DNA of 64,000 bases, from positions 40,650 through 104,649 of the forward strand of contig CAZSFZ010000005.1 of NCBI GenBank assembly GCA_964606385.1. Direction: 5' to 3'. Both the position numbers and the translations under genes were made by a program. Under the pieces are notes generated by a model. It did not search any database, had not been told where the DNA came from, and saw nothing but the letters and a program-made list of their open reading frames with translations. Origin of the DNA: an uncultured bacterium (GTDB lineage Bacteria > Omnitrophota > Omnitrophia > Omnitrophales > Aquincolibacteriaceae). Shown here in pieces: positions 29,131 through 40,600 of the stretch (position 1 is the stretch's first letter; every line of letters begins with the position of its first letter).

Positions 29131-29392
29131 GCGTGAGGCGGTAGCGACCCTGGTCACCGACAGGAGGGGTGTGCCCAGTTTTTTAAATACCAATCACCAA
29201 GGGACAAGAACCAAGCGGACCACGGGAAGAATTCGGATGTGGTTTTGGAGCTCGAATGTCGCTTGGAAATTGGATCTTGGGATTTTGCCGCCGGGAGGGG
29301 TGTATTCGCAGGAAATTTTTTTTAAAAAATGCGTGAAACGATTCAAGATTTCATCATTTTGTCCGTTAAATATAGCAACAAAGGGGGACACA

Positions 29393-29605
29393 ATGATCAA
29401 CAACATGGTTTTATCGCGTGAGATTGAATGGATCGGTTACGAACATAAGCGCAACATGCTTCAGGTTGAATTCATTGTGGGTTCCATTTACCAGTACGAG
29501 AACGTCCCCGAGACCGTTTATCAGGAATTCCTCACGGCGCCATCCTACGGCCGCTATTTTGAGTCCAATATCAAGAATAAATACCACGTCCGTAAGGTCC
29601 GCTAG
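29393..29605 (+). CDS. KTSC-domain small protein (70 aa)
   Basis: RBS AAGGGGGA upstream of ATG 29393; EWIGYEHKRNMLQVEFIVGSIYQYENVPETVYQEFLTAPSYGRYFESNIKNKYHVRKV matches the KTSC domain pattern (GY...L.V.F..G..Y.Y..VP...Y..L..A.S.G.YF...IK..Y). Confidence 0.65.
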   Translation: MINNMVLSREIEWIGYEHKRNMLQVEFIVGSIYQYENVPETVYQEFLTAPSYGRYFESNIKNKYHVRKVR

Positions 29606-29666
29606 ATCGTTTGTTTTTAGCTCTATTTTGTTGAATCCCTAGCCGATTTTCGTTAGTCTTTCCGCC

Positions 29667-31241
29667 ATGACCCAATCCAATCCCAAGCCCCGGGAGCAAT
29701 GGGGCACTCGTTTCGGACTTATCATGGCCATGGCCGCCAATGCCGTGGGTCTCGGCAACTTCCTCCGGTTTCCCGTCCAATGCGCCAATAACGGCGGCGG
29801 TGCTTTCATGATCCCGTACTTTGTGGCGTTCATCCTTCTCGGGATCCCGCTTTTATGGATCGAGTGGGGGATCGGCCGCTTCGGCGGGAAGTACGGTCAC
29901 GGCACCACGCCGGGCATGTTCCACTACCTTTGGAAACATCCTCTCGCGAAGTATATCGGGGCCATTGGCCTCATGATCCCGTTCGCCCTGGTGATCTATT
30001 ACAACTACATCGTGTCGTGGACACTAGGGTACAGCGTTTTTTCCTTCATCGGGAAGTACGGCGGCATCACGAACTTTCAGGGGATGGCGGATTTTCTGGC
30101 AGCTTACCAGGGAAAGGTCTCCAACCAGTATTTCCCGAGCATCGCGACCGCGTTCCTTTTTTTCTGCATTACCCATTTCTGCATGATCTGGATCATTTCG
30201 CACGGCGTTTCCAAGGGGATCGAGCGGCTCGCCAAGACCGCAATGCCTCTGATCTTTATCTTTGGGATCATCCTGGTGGTCCGGGTGCTTTTTCTGGGGA
30301 CGCCGGACCCCGCGTCGCCGGACAACAATATCGCGAACGGCTTCGGGTTTATCTGGAATCCTGATTTCAGCATGCTGAAACAGAGCAAAGTATGGCTTGC
30401 GGCAACGGGGCAGATCTTCTTCACTTTGAGTGTCGGTTTTGGCGCGATCCAGACCTACGCGAGTTATTTAAAGCCCAAGGACGATGTGGTTCTTTCGGGG
30501 CTTGCCACCGCCTCCACGAATGAATTTTGCGAGGTCATTTTGGGCGGGTCGATCGCGATCCCCGTGATGGTGGCTTTTTTCGGTTTGGCACAGACCCAGG
30601 CGATCGCGGCCGGCGGCGCGTTTGACCTCGGATTTTTTGCGATGCCCGTGATCTTTCAGAAAATGGCCTTCGGCAGTATCTTCGGGACGATCTGGTTCTT
30701 CCTGCTTTTTTTGGCTGGCGTGACCTCGTCGGTCGCGATGGCGCAGCCGATGATGGCCTTCCTTCAGGAGGAGTTCAAGATGACGCGCAAGGGGGCGGCC
30801 TGGATCGTCGGGACGATGACTTTTTTCTTTACGCTTCCCATCATCTTTTTCCTGAAGCACGGGTTTTTGAATGAGATCGATTTCTGGATCGGGACGTTCG
30901 GGCTCGTGGTGTTCGCGATCATCGAAGTGGTGCTTTTTATCTGGGTGTTTGGCTCCGAGAACGCCTGGAAAGAGATCAACTCCGGGGCCGATCTCCGGCT
31001 TCCCAAATTTGTTCTGCCGATCATGAAATATGTGACGCTGGCTTATTTGGTGGTCCTCATGGTGTTCTGGTTTATTCAGGACGGATGGGGAGTGCTCACC
31101 ATGAAGGGTGTTCCGCAAGCGGATTACCCTTATGTCTGGTTCGCCCGGTTCATGTTGATCGGGATCGGGGTGTGCATGGTTTTTCTGGTCCGACTTGCCT
31201 GGCAACGGCGCCATATCATCCAGCAGAGGATCCCCGAATGA
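29667..31241 (+). CDS. Sodium-dependent transporter, neurotransmitter:sodium symporter (SNF/NSS) family
   Basis: NAVGLGNFLRFPVQCANNGGGAFMIPYFVAFILLGIPLLWIEWGIGR (NSS TM1 signature); ~12 TM helices. Confidence 0.9.
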   Translation: MTQSNPKPREQWGTRFGLIMAMAANAVGLGNFLRFPVQCANNGGGAFMIPYFVAFILLGIPLLWIEWGIGRFGGKYGHGTTPGMFHYLWKHPLAKYIGAIGLMIPFALVIYYNYIVSWTLGYSVFSFIGKYGGITNFQGMADFLAAYQGKVSNQYFPSIATAFLFFCITHFCMIWIISHGVSKGIERLAKTAMPLIFIFGIILVVRVLFLGTPDPASPDNNIANGFGFIWNPDFSMLKQSKVWLAATGQIFFTLSVGFGAIQTYASYLKPKDDVVLSGLATASTNEFCEVILGGSIAIPVMVAFFGLAQTQAIAAGGAFDLGFFAMPVIFQKMAFGSIFGTIWFFLLFLAGVTSSVAMAQPMMAFLQEEFKMTRKGAAWIVGTMTFFFTLPIIFFLKHGFLNEIDFWIGTFGLVVFAIIEVVLFIWVFGSENAWKEINSGADLRLPKFVLPIMKYVTLAYLVVLMVFWFIQDGWGVLTMKGVPQADYPYVWFARFMLIGIGVCMVFLVRLAWQRRHIIQQRIPE

Positions 31242-31333
31242 AGACCGGCGGTTGGATATTCCTCGCACTAAGTTGGGCCTTTATTCTTGTCATGATGATC
31301 ACGTCGTTTGCCCGAGTTCTCCGAAATAAATAA
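31238..31333 (+). CDS. Putative 31-aa single-TM protein, translationally coupled (ATGA overlap) to the SNF transporter
   Basis: MKTGGWIFLALSWAFILVMMITSFARVLRNK; its start overlaps the transporter stop codon. Confidence 0.4.
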   Translation: MKTGGWIFLALSWAFILVMMITSFARVLRNK

Positions 31334-31339
31334 GTTTTT

Positions 31340-31636
31340 CCACTTTTCGCTGAGTCTAGCCTCCTAGGTTGATCCCTCGATTTAAACCCTATTGGGAATT
31401 TTTGACTTTTTGATATAGCAATAAATATCATTCATAGCTAATTATAGCAATTTATAACCAATATTAATCAAATATATCCTTTTAAACCCTTGTAATAACT
31501 ATATTCAAATGGCATATTTTTAGTAGAGATAAAACACGGAGCAAATTGAATGGAATATCGCATTAACAAATAAGTTAGCTCGCGTCAGAAATTGAACTAA
31601 ACGCTAACTTCGGGAATGGAATAAGGGACATAAAAC
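31340..31636 (+). promoter_or_regulatory. Strongly AT-rich ~300-bp island upstream of giant ORF 2; probable promoter/regulatory region containing direct repeats (ATAGCAATAAATA / ATAGCAATTTATA / ATAGCTAATTATA)
   Basis: Base composition contrasts sharply with the ~58% GC flanks. Repeated ATAGC(A/T)AT motifs lie ~190-230 nt upstream of the ATG at 31637. Confidence 0.5.
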
Positions 31637-34600
31637 ATGTTTAAAAAAAGTGGCCAAACCCATCGAAGAGGATCAAGAGCCATTGCTCTTGGCGTGGCGT
31701 TTGTGTTCACTCTGACCAGCATCACCTGGTCCACGCCGACTCTGGCTGCACCTTCGGATGTCTCCCTTGCCCCTGCCATGCCGATTGAGAAACTTTCCAT
31801 TCCAGCTGAGATGGGCTCTATAAGTAAAACTTATCGTGGATCGGGAGACGTGGCCCCGCACGACCGCATGGTCGTGCTCATCCAGGACGCGCATGCGGTG
31901 GTGGACGCCCAGGAAAACATCTCGAAGATCCTGGGGCATCTCGGTAAGGCCTACGGCATACGTCTCACAGCGCTTGAAGGCGCCAAGGGCCGGCTCGAAC
32001 CCATTCTCTTCAGGGCGTTCCCGGATCCGATCGTGAAACGAAATATTCTTGCCGGTTACGAGAACCGGGCTGAGCTTTCGGGGCCGGAGATGGCTTCAGT
32101 ATTCCAGGAAGAAGCTGCTGATTTCCGGGGGATGGAAGATTGGGCCCTGTATGAGCAGAACTATTTCGCGTATCTCCGGGGCCAGGAGAAAAAAGAAGCC
32201 CTTCTTAAAAAATGGAGCGGCTTCAAGGAAAAGCGCGACAAGGAACGCGCCAAGGTCTATGACGAAAAACTCAACGAATTCCAGGAAGCCCGGGAAAATT
32301 TTCTCGCGGAAAGATCTTCATTGCTTGACCTCTTGGTGTATCTGTCGAACTTTAAGCCGCTTTTTAGTTCCGGGGACTACAAGGAGCTTCCGGGTCTGAT
32401 CGATTCGATGGGATATGAAAAGGCCGGGAAATCCGAGGCTCTTGTCCCGATGGTGCGGAAGATCGCGGATGAATTCAAGGTGAAATACCTTCGCAGCCTT
32501 GGCGTCAAGACCGAGATGAATTTTTATAACCGCTATCAGGCTTTCATGACCGGACAGATCACGGCAGGCCAGATGCTTCAGTATCTCGTTCAGGTGGGCC
32601 GCGAACACGGGAAGAACATCAAGCTGACGCCGGCCCTCAAGAAACTGCTCGGACACGCGGAGCTCCTTTCCGAGATCCGCGGGAGCACCCTCTATGAAGA
32701 ATTGCAGCGCTTTCTGCCGGTGGTGGAGGCCAGTCTTCTCAAGACCCCGGAACAGAGAAAAATGGCGGATGTTTACGGGAAGCTTTTTCTCCTCCGGGAA
32801 CTGATCGAACTTGAGCTCACGCACGAAGCTTTGGAGAAATACCAAAAAGAACCCGACGCCTACCTGGACCTTTTGGGAGACCCGCAATTCAGGAAAGACC
32901 TTGTTCCCGCGTTGGAATTTTACCGTGCAGCGTTAGAGCGCGATCAGGCATTTCTTGCCAAGATCAACGCGATGATGGCGGATTCGAAACAAAACAACGC
33001 GGCGGTGGTCGCGGGCGGTTTTCATACGAACGGGATCGAACGTCTTCTGAAAAATAAGGGGATCTCCTACGCGGTCGTGACCCCGAAGATCGCCTCGCTG
33101 GCCGGTATCGAGAATTACGCCAAGGTCATGAAGGGGGACATTTCTTTCAAGGACGATCTCAAGACCACTTATTTCGACGCGCTGATGCGGCATGCGTCCA
33201 AAGCATTGATCGAGGCATTACCGATCCCGGACCGTGTCAGGACTTTAAAGACCTGGCGGGACAATCTGATCCGCGAACTCGCCAAGCAGGGCCGCATTAC
33301 GGAGGCGGGAAAATACCTGCCGTATATCGACGGGATCCTCCAAACCATGCCGGAAATGGTCAGCGCTGTGGGACCCGTGCGAACGAAGGAAGAAACGCTT
33401 GACCTTATCCGCAAAGAACTCGAGCGGTTCAAAAAAGATTCCCTGGAGCGGATCTGGAAGACCTTTGAGTTTCAACTGGGTGTCTTCACCGACGGTCTCA
33501 AGCAGCTGATCGCGAAGAAAGATCTGAATGAGAGCTCCGTTTCATTACTGCTTAATCGTGCCAGTCAGACCAAGCCGCAATTCGTGAGCTGGGTGCAGTG
33601 TCTTGATGGGGAGATAGGAGTGCTTGGCCAATCTGTTCCCATGGTTCCGGACACCTCCAATATTTTCGCGACCCGGCCGCAGATTCTCGATGAGCTCGGC
33701 CGTATTGCGCAGGGAACCCCGCTAGGGATCGCAGGTCCCGCCATAGCTGCGACAGCAGCACAGTTATCCAAAATCGGAATGGCAACAGAAGAGGCTGTCC
33801 GGAGCGGAGAGATCGGAACCCCGGAGCCTTCAGTAACCGGTCCGGCAGTGGAGGGGATCGTGGATCAATTGGCCGCGGGGGCGGACAAGCGTGTCGTGGC
33901 CGCGCAGCTCGCAAACGAGATGAACTCGCAACTGCCCGGGCGTATCGCTCCCACGTCCGATCTTCGCTCGGAGGCCCGGTCTGAATTACGGGCGGAATTG
34001 GAAAAGAGGCTTGGTGCGATGCGCTCCTTTGGGCGGAATGAAAGATTTGCCGGAGCCACGGTTAGGATTTATCTGGAGAAGAAGGGGGAATTCTACGAAT
34101 GGGTCGTGAAGGCGAGTGATGCGAATATTTTTCATTTTGTGATGCGCGAGAACCTTGCCGGAGAATTGGTGGGCTATTACCAGCGTTTTGAAGTGGACAG
34201 ACAAAGTAGGTCTGAGACGGCCCAAGGTGACATTCATACCGTAGGGGAATCCAAGGCCTTCGGGAACCACCATTTTTTTGCCGGGAAGCGCGATCAGAGT
34301 ATGGATCCGCTTCATTTCTCGGTTCGTCCGGGCAAGGACGCGAAGGGAGCTTTCGTCAATATCGAGGTCGAAAGCAAGGAAAAAGGCGTCGAAGTCCGGT
34401 GGGATGGATCGATGGAAAAGGTTCCGGAGAAGGTTCTCGAAGCCAAAAAGGAAGAAGTGCCGCATGATGACACCCCGACGGCTGAAACGGTTGAAACTCT
34501 AGAACCCGAAGAGAGCGTGACCAACCGGGAAGCCTTTGGCCCTGAGCAGTACACGCTTGCCGGCATAACACGGTCGCCCCGGACCATTTCGGTGGATGTC

Positions 34601-37600
34601 CCGGCGTTCCGCTTCAGGAACGGCCGGATCGAGCAGAACCCGGATTACCACAATCCGGCGCTTGAAGGCGATGAGTCTTTTTCCGAGATCGTGAGAGCGC
34701 TTGAAAAAGAGCTCAGCGGTTTGTCGCAGCAAGATCAAGCGGTTCTGACGCAGGCAGCCAACGGATGGATCTTGGGAGATGACGCGGTTTCGGATTGGAT
34801 CACTCACGCGGTTCATCTTTTGAACGAGCGGGATTATACGAAGCGGGATCTGGGACTGCGGGATTTTATAAGGCAATATTTGAAAGATTCCCTGCGTTAT
34901 CTGCGTGCCTCCGGGCAGGAACAGGCGCGGTTTGCGGAAGAACTTGCCAAACATTACAGGTATTTTTCCCGAACGCAGCTCCTTCGGGAAAAACCGCAGA
35001 GCAAATTTTCGGTTCTTCATGGCAGCGATCTGAGCCGATTGCGCATTGCCCCTGAAGGGGATTCGAGATCGTTGAGCCCCCATGTGATGACGATCGAGCC
35101 CATCGTCTACCAGTTCAACAAAGGCAGACGTTTCCGGGGGGAGGAGATACCGCCCGAGAAGTTGGTGTTCGCCAAGTGGAAGGGAAGGACCTTTCTTTTT
35201 TATACTTCGCGGACGCATGCCGTTGCGGGAGTGACCCAGCACACATGGAGGCACGCGGAAGCTTATTTTGGATTAAGGGGCGGTTGGCTCGTAAAACATA
35301 TGGGCGAAAGTTATCCGGAGAACATGGATGATCTTCCTCCGCAAATAGGGCAATTGCTGGATGAGATCATTTACTCGCCTGACGTTCGTACGCTTCAGAG
35401 TTCTGAGGCCTTCGTGAAACGCGCGGATGAACTGGGCCTGCTCAATTTTACGGATTGGAACGAACTCGCGACTATTTTTGAGGCAAGGTCGGCGGATGAT
35501 CTCAAACGGACCATGGGGAAGGTGCGGGGTGCGGGACTTGTTGACAAATTATCGGGCATGAAAGTAAACCCTCAGATTTTGCAAGCTCGGGATTACATGC
35601 TTGAACAGTTCAACAATCCTGATGCGGACGATGAATCTCCCACGCAGAATTTTGAAGAACCGGAAACCGAGACCTGGGATACTCCCACCCGCTCCGAGGT
35701 CCGGGATGCTCTTTCGTCTGAACAAAACATTGCCGGCAGTGTTGAGCGTATCGGTCAAGCCCTGTTAAAGGTGGCCCCGAAAAACCTTGCGGGGGTTGAT
35801 ATTGCGGAAGCTGCCGTGGCGGTTCAAGCGTTCCGGTCCGATATGGGCGGGAATGTCAAAGTGGTTTTTCAACCTGACCGTACTGCTGAAAATCCTCGCC
35901 CCAAGAAGGTGATGCTGAGTGACGGCGAAGGGGAGATTATTTTACTTCGCAGCCAGGATCTTCTCGACATGATCGACCTACGGTATGTGGGTCGGGAAAT
36001 GAATATCAAGGAAAACATAAGAGAAGAGGATATCCCCGCTTTCAAGCGTCCCGAAGTAGCGGAGATCCACCAGGAACTCAAGCTCTTCCTTTCCACGCTA
36101 ACGAGGAACCGGTTCCTTGAAATGGTGAGAAATATTTCAGGAGATAGCTCCCTGCAATGGGAGGATCTGGGCGGGGACGTTTCCTTGGATGCGTACATGG
36201 CGGGTTCGAATAAGCATGTTTTTAAGGTGACGTTGACGAGATCAGCCGGAGATGCCCTGAGCTTTGCGGTCGCCACCAAAATAGGCCGCACAGACGCTTC
36301 GATCGCTCAAACCGAAATCAACGAGATGGAAGTGCTGAATGACAGGCCCGAGCAGGTGACGCCGCGATTTGGAGGGGCGCGGCATACAAAAGGCCGCCGC
36401 TGGTATGTTGAGGAGTTCATTGAAGGAAAGACCGTAAGGGACTTGGAGAAGGAAAATCGGGTCACGGAGGATGTGCGTCGTGGTGTGATCTCGGCCCTGC
36501 TGTCGGTTTCGATGGGGCTTAAAGGCAAAATGCCGCGCGATATGCACAGCAATAATTTTGTCGTCCGCCAAAGCGATGGGCGCGTCATTATGGTGGATAT
36601 CGGCGTAAACCGGTTCAATGTGCTCGACCAAATTGATAATGCGATCCAGAAGGAAACGCAGGCGCATCACCGGATCGCCAGTCTTGCTGTGATCCTGGCG
36701 CAGTATGGATATGTGGAGGGTTCTCCGGAGCAGAATGATTTTATTTTCGACACTCTCATGAACGATGAGGACCTCCCGCCCGGAGAGGGAAAAAGATGGG
36801 TCGAAGGCGTTTATCAGAATTTGGCAGGCAGGGACGTCTCCGAAATTGCGGACTTTTTGCATAACCGGAAATGGCTGAATCACTTCCGCAGTATTTTTGA
36901 ATCCCGAGGGTATGGCGAGTATCCCACCGAAGAACAATCGAAAAGCGCATTGCGGTCTGTAGCTTCCATGCTGCAAACAAGCATTACCCGGTACGCGGAA
37001 GAGCGAGGAATGAAATCAGGCCAGCCCTCTGTTTCTTTGATTCCTTCCGTCGGGGAACGCTCAACCCGCTCTGAGGTCCGAACGGGATCCGACGGAGCAG
37101 ACGCGTCCATCCCGGGGAATGTCCGGACCCAGGCGCTGGCGGAGATCGGTGGGGTGATGATAAGCGCCCGTTCTTTGGCGGATATGGTTCCGTTTGTCCA
37201 GGATGCGATCCGGGTTGCTGTAGCCGGGAACAACTACCAAGGTTTGGAAGAATTTTCAGAGATCTTGACAGTTATGGTTCCTGCTTTAGACGGGCAGGAT
37301 CATGTTTTTATCGTGGCTCCGCGATTTCCGACAAAAGAAAACAAAGTCGGAACATTTCATCAGGAACTTGTCGAAAAGGCCGGATTGGGATCCAGAAAAA
37401 AGGAAATGATCCGGGCCTCCCTTGATTTTGCCCCAATGGGAGTCCTCGAGGAGATTTATCTTATTCCGAGTATTTCAGGATTGCGTGTGGGCGATGACGG
37501 AACGGTCGATGCTTCCTCTAAACTGCCCGAGCTGAAACAGTTCGGATCATTTCTTTTCGATGTTTTTTCCGGGATGGGATACACGCCGCAGGATCTGGAT

Positions 37601-40600
37601 AAGATCAAGTTGACTCTGGATAGTTCTGTACAGGACGCCTTGGGCGGGCGTGAGATCCGTTTGTCTCAGCTAGCGGAGGTGAGTGCCGAAGACGCTTCTC
37701 GTTCCGAATTGCGGCTGCGGGACATGTACGGCTATTTGATGAATAAAGTGCTGATGCCCGCGGTGCTGGCTGTGTGGCTGGCGTTGCCTTCGTTCGCGAC
37801 AGCTCAGCCTAACCAACCTTACAGCGCGCGTTTCGATCCTGCAATGGGCATGGAAGCCGGCGCTGAAAATCTTTACTCCGGTTATCGGGCGCTGAATGAA
37901 TTTGCGATCGATCCTGTGACCGGGAGCATTCCTTACCTTGAGAATAACCCGTTGGGCAGGTTCGTGAAATTGTTTGCTGTGGACCGTATAAGCGCTGACT
38001 TTTTCTGGGTGGCCCAGCATGAATTTTTCGGTCACGGGGCGCAGTCGCGCGAGGTCGGGGATTATGGATCTTCGTATCGTATGAATTTTGAGACACCGAG
38101 GCTGGAGTATTTCAACGGCTATAGGATCTTCGGTTGGTGGTCGGGGGCTGCGTCGCGAGGCGACCGGGAATATTCGACGGACGAATCTCTCGAAACTATT
38201 GCCGGCGGCATGGAAAGCACACAGGTCATGTCAGACTGGATCCGCTGGAACATGTTCCGTTACGGCGCAACGGCACAGGACGCGGTTCTTTATTATGTCT
38301 CAAAACTCGATCTGACGGATTACATTGAGACGACGCCCAGCCCGGCTTCTCGCGCGGGATTGATCGTGAAGGGTGGCGGTAACAGCGATGTGGATGCCTA
38401 TGGTGAAGAGATGACCGCGAAGTACGGGGAGGATGCGGATCTTTGGAGCGATATGGAGCGGGCCGCGCTTTGGAATGCGCTGGATCCCACGATTTGGATC
38501 TCGGCTTTCCGCCAGCTGGATTATGTAGCGCGGGGAACCCGGGAATTCCGGTTGCCCCGGATCCTGCCCTATACTGGAGCCAATCTGACGCCGCTGGGCC
38601 CCGAATATTATTTGGGAGCTCATTTTACGGCTGCGGAGCTTTACTATGACGTATATGGTAGAAAAGGCGTTGGGCCTGCGGGCGAATTTTATGGGGCGGG
38701 TCTTCGTGTTGGAGATATTGATCTGGGGAACGGCTACTCACTTGGGATGAACCTCGATGCGTGGGACCAGGAACGATTCGGCTTTGCGGTGAGGACAACT
38801 GTAAGCAAAAGTTTGAGTGATCGATTCAGGATCAGCGCTGGCGCCGATTATAAAACAGAAGGTTATCTGAAAGGGCGTCAAAGCGATGAGGGAGTCTCTG
38901 GCTTTATCAGTGTTCAAGGGGCTTTGTCGCGTCCGGAGGTTCGCTCGACCTCTGGCCGCTCGGAATTGCGCGAAGGAGAGGTAAGCGTCAAGGCTGGATT
39001 ATTTGATGCCGTGATCCAATTGAATGAAGCGGTTAAATATCTCATTATGCCCGCTAGCATGCTGGCGGGATTCTATTTGTGGAAAAGCTCGCTGCTCTTG
39101 CTCGCCAAAGCCTCCCTATTGCCTGAAGGAACGCTCATGATCGTGGCCAGTTTCACCACAGCATTTCTCGGTGTTGTATTAGGTGCTAATGCGATGCTTC
39201 GACTGCTGTTTAATCCGGAGAGGACCACGATCTATCGGGGCATTCATGGGAGCGCGGATACCATTCTTGATGTTCTCAGACGCGGTGACATTGTTGAAGC
39301 GCCCAAACCAAGTGACGAGATCGCCTGGAGCGAAGTGATAGGGCATTTTGGAGGCAAACCCAGCTCCTCTCTCAAATCCATGACGCCACAAAAACGATGG
39401 GCTGAATATTACACGCTATTTTCCGCTTACGGGCAGAAGGATGTTTCGCGGGGCGAAAGATTTCTTAATGCGTTCAAAGAAATCTTTGCCAGAAAATTCA
39501 TGAAAGATCAGCGTATTAAGATCGTCACGACCCCCGAGGAGGGCGCGCAACTGCTTTCGGAGTTGCAGGAGCAGGGCGGAATTAACGGAGAAATAGGCTT
39601 GCTTGAAACGGTGCCGGGCGTGCCCAACGCGCAAAGCCGTATGCTTTACTGGAATCCGTTCGGTGGACATATCGAAATTGCGCTTGCTTACGGTGTGACG
39701 CCGAAAGAGATCTCGACGGTGGAGATCTTTATCCCGCGCGAAGGTAACGAGCATCTCGGTTTAGAAGCCTTATCCGAAAGAGCGGCTGGGAGTGTTCGTT
39801 CCGAGTTGCGGGGAATGATTTCACGCATGACGCTGGGATTAACGATGGCGGCGATCCTGTCGTTCTCGGCGCTTTCGGCGGAAGGTGCGCAGAAGCGTGA
39901 CGCGAAGACGAGTCAGATACAGACGGAACTTGTTTCGATGGGATATTTGCAAGACAGCGATGTCCAAGGGAACTATGGGTTCTACGGACCTAAAACGAAA
40001 GCGGCGGTTACGCGGCTTCAGACCGATCTAAAAAAGACTGGCCATTATAAGGGGCCGATCGATGGCGACTATGGCCCCGGGACTGATCGGGCGCTCAGAG
40101 CTTGGCAGCAAGCTCAGGGAACCGCTCCGGCCGTGCCGGAGGCGGCTGTGCCTGTCGAAGGGGATCAGGATGTTATCGATGCTCTTGAAGATCTCAGGGG
40201 CCTTCGGCGTGATGCTCCCGAACATATATTTAATCTGCTGTTAGACAGCGGTCAAAGGCGTCTTTCATTTGACGCGAAATCAGAGCTTGTTTCACAAATG
40301 AGTTTTCAAGAGGTCTTGGAAAAAGTTTCGGTTCGCTCCGGGCTTGCGGCATCTGAATTTGAAAGGATCGCGCAGAAATATGATGTCCCGGTTGAATCCC
40401 TGATCGCCCGCGGCTTTAAAGAGAATCCCAAATTTGATCCGTTGGTCAGCGGGCCGGACGGAAGGGATATCGGATTATTCCAGGTAAGGATCGACACGGT
40501 TCGGGACGGGAGGTTTTTCCCGCTGCTCAAGGATCTTGCCGTTCAGGAGGGGTTGCTCAAAGGGGCCGAAGCGAAAGCAAGTTCGCGTTCGATCACGGAT

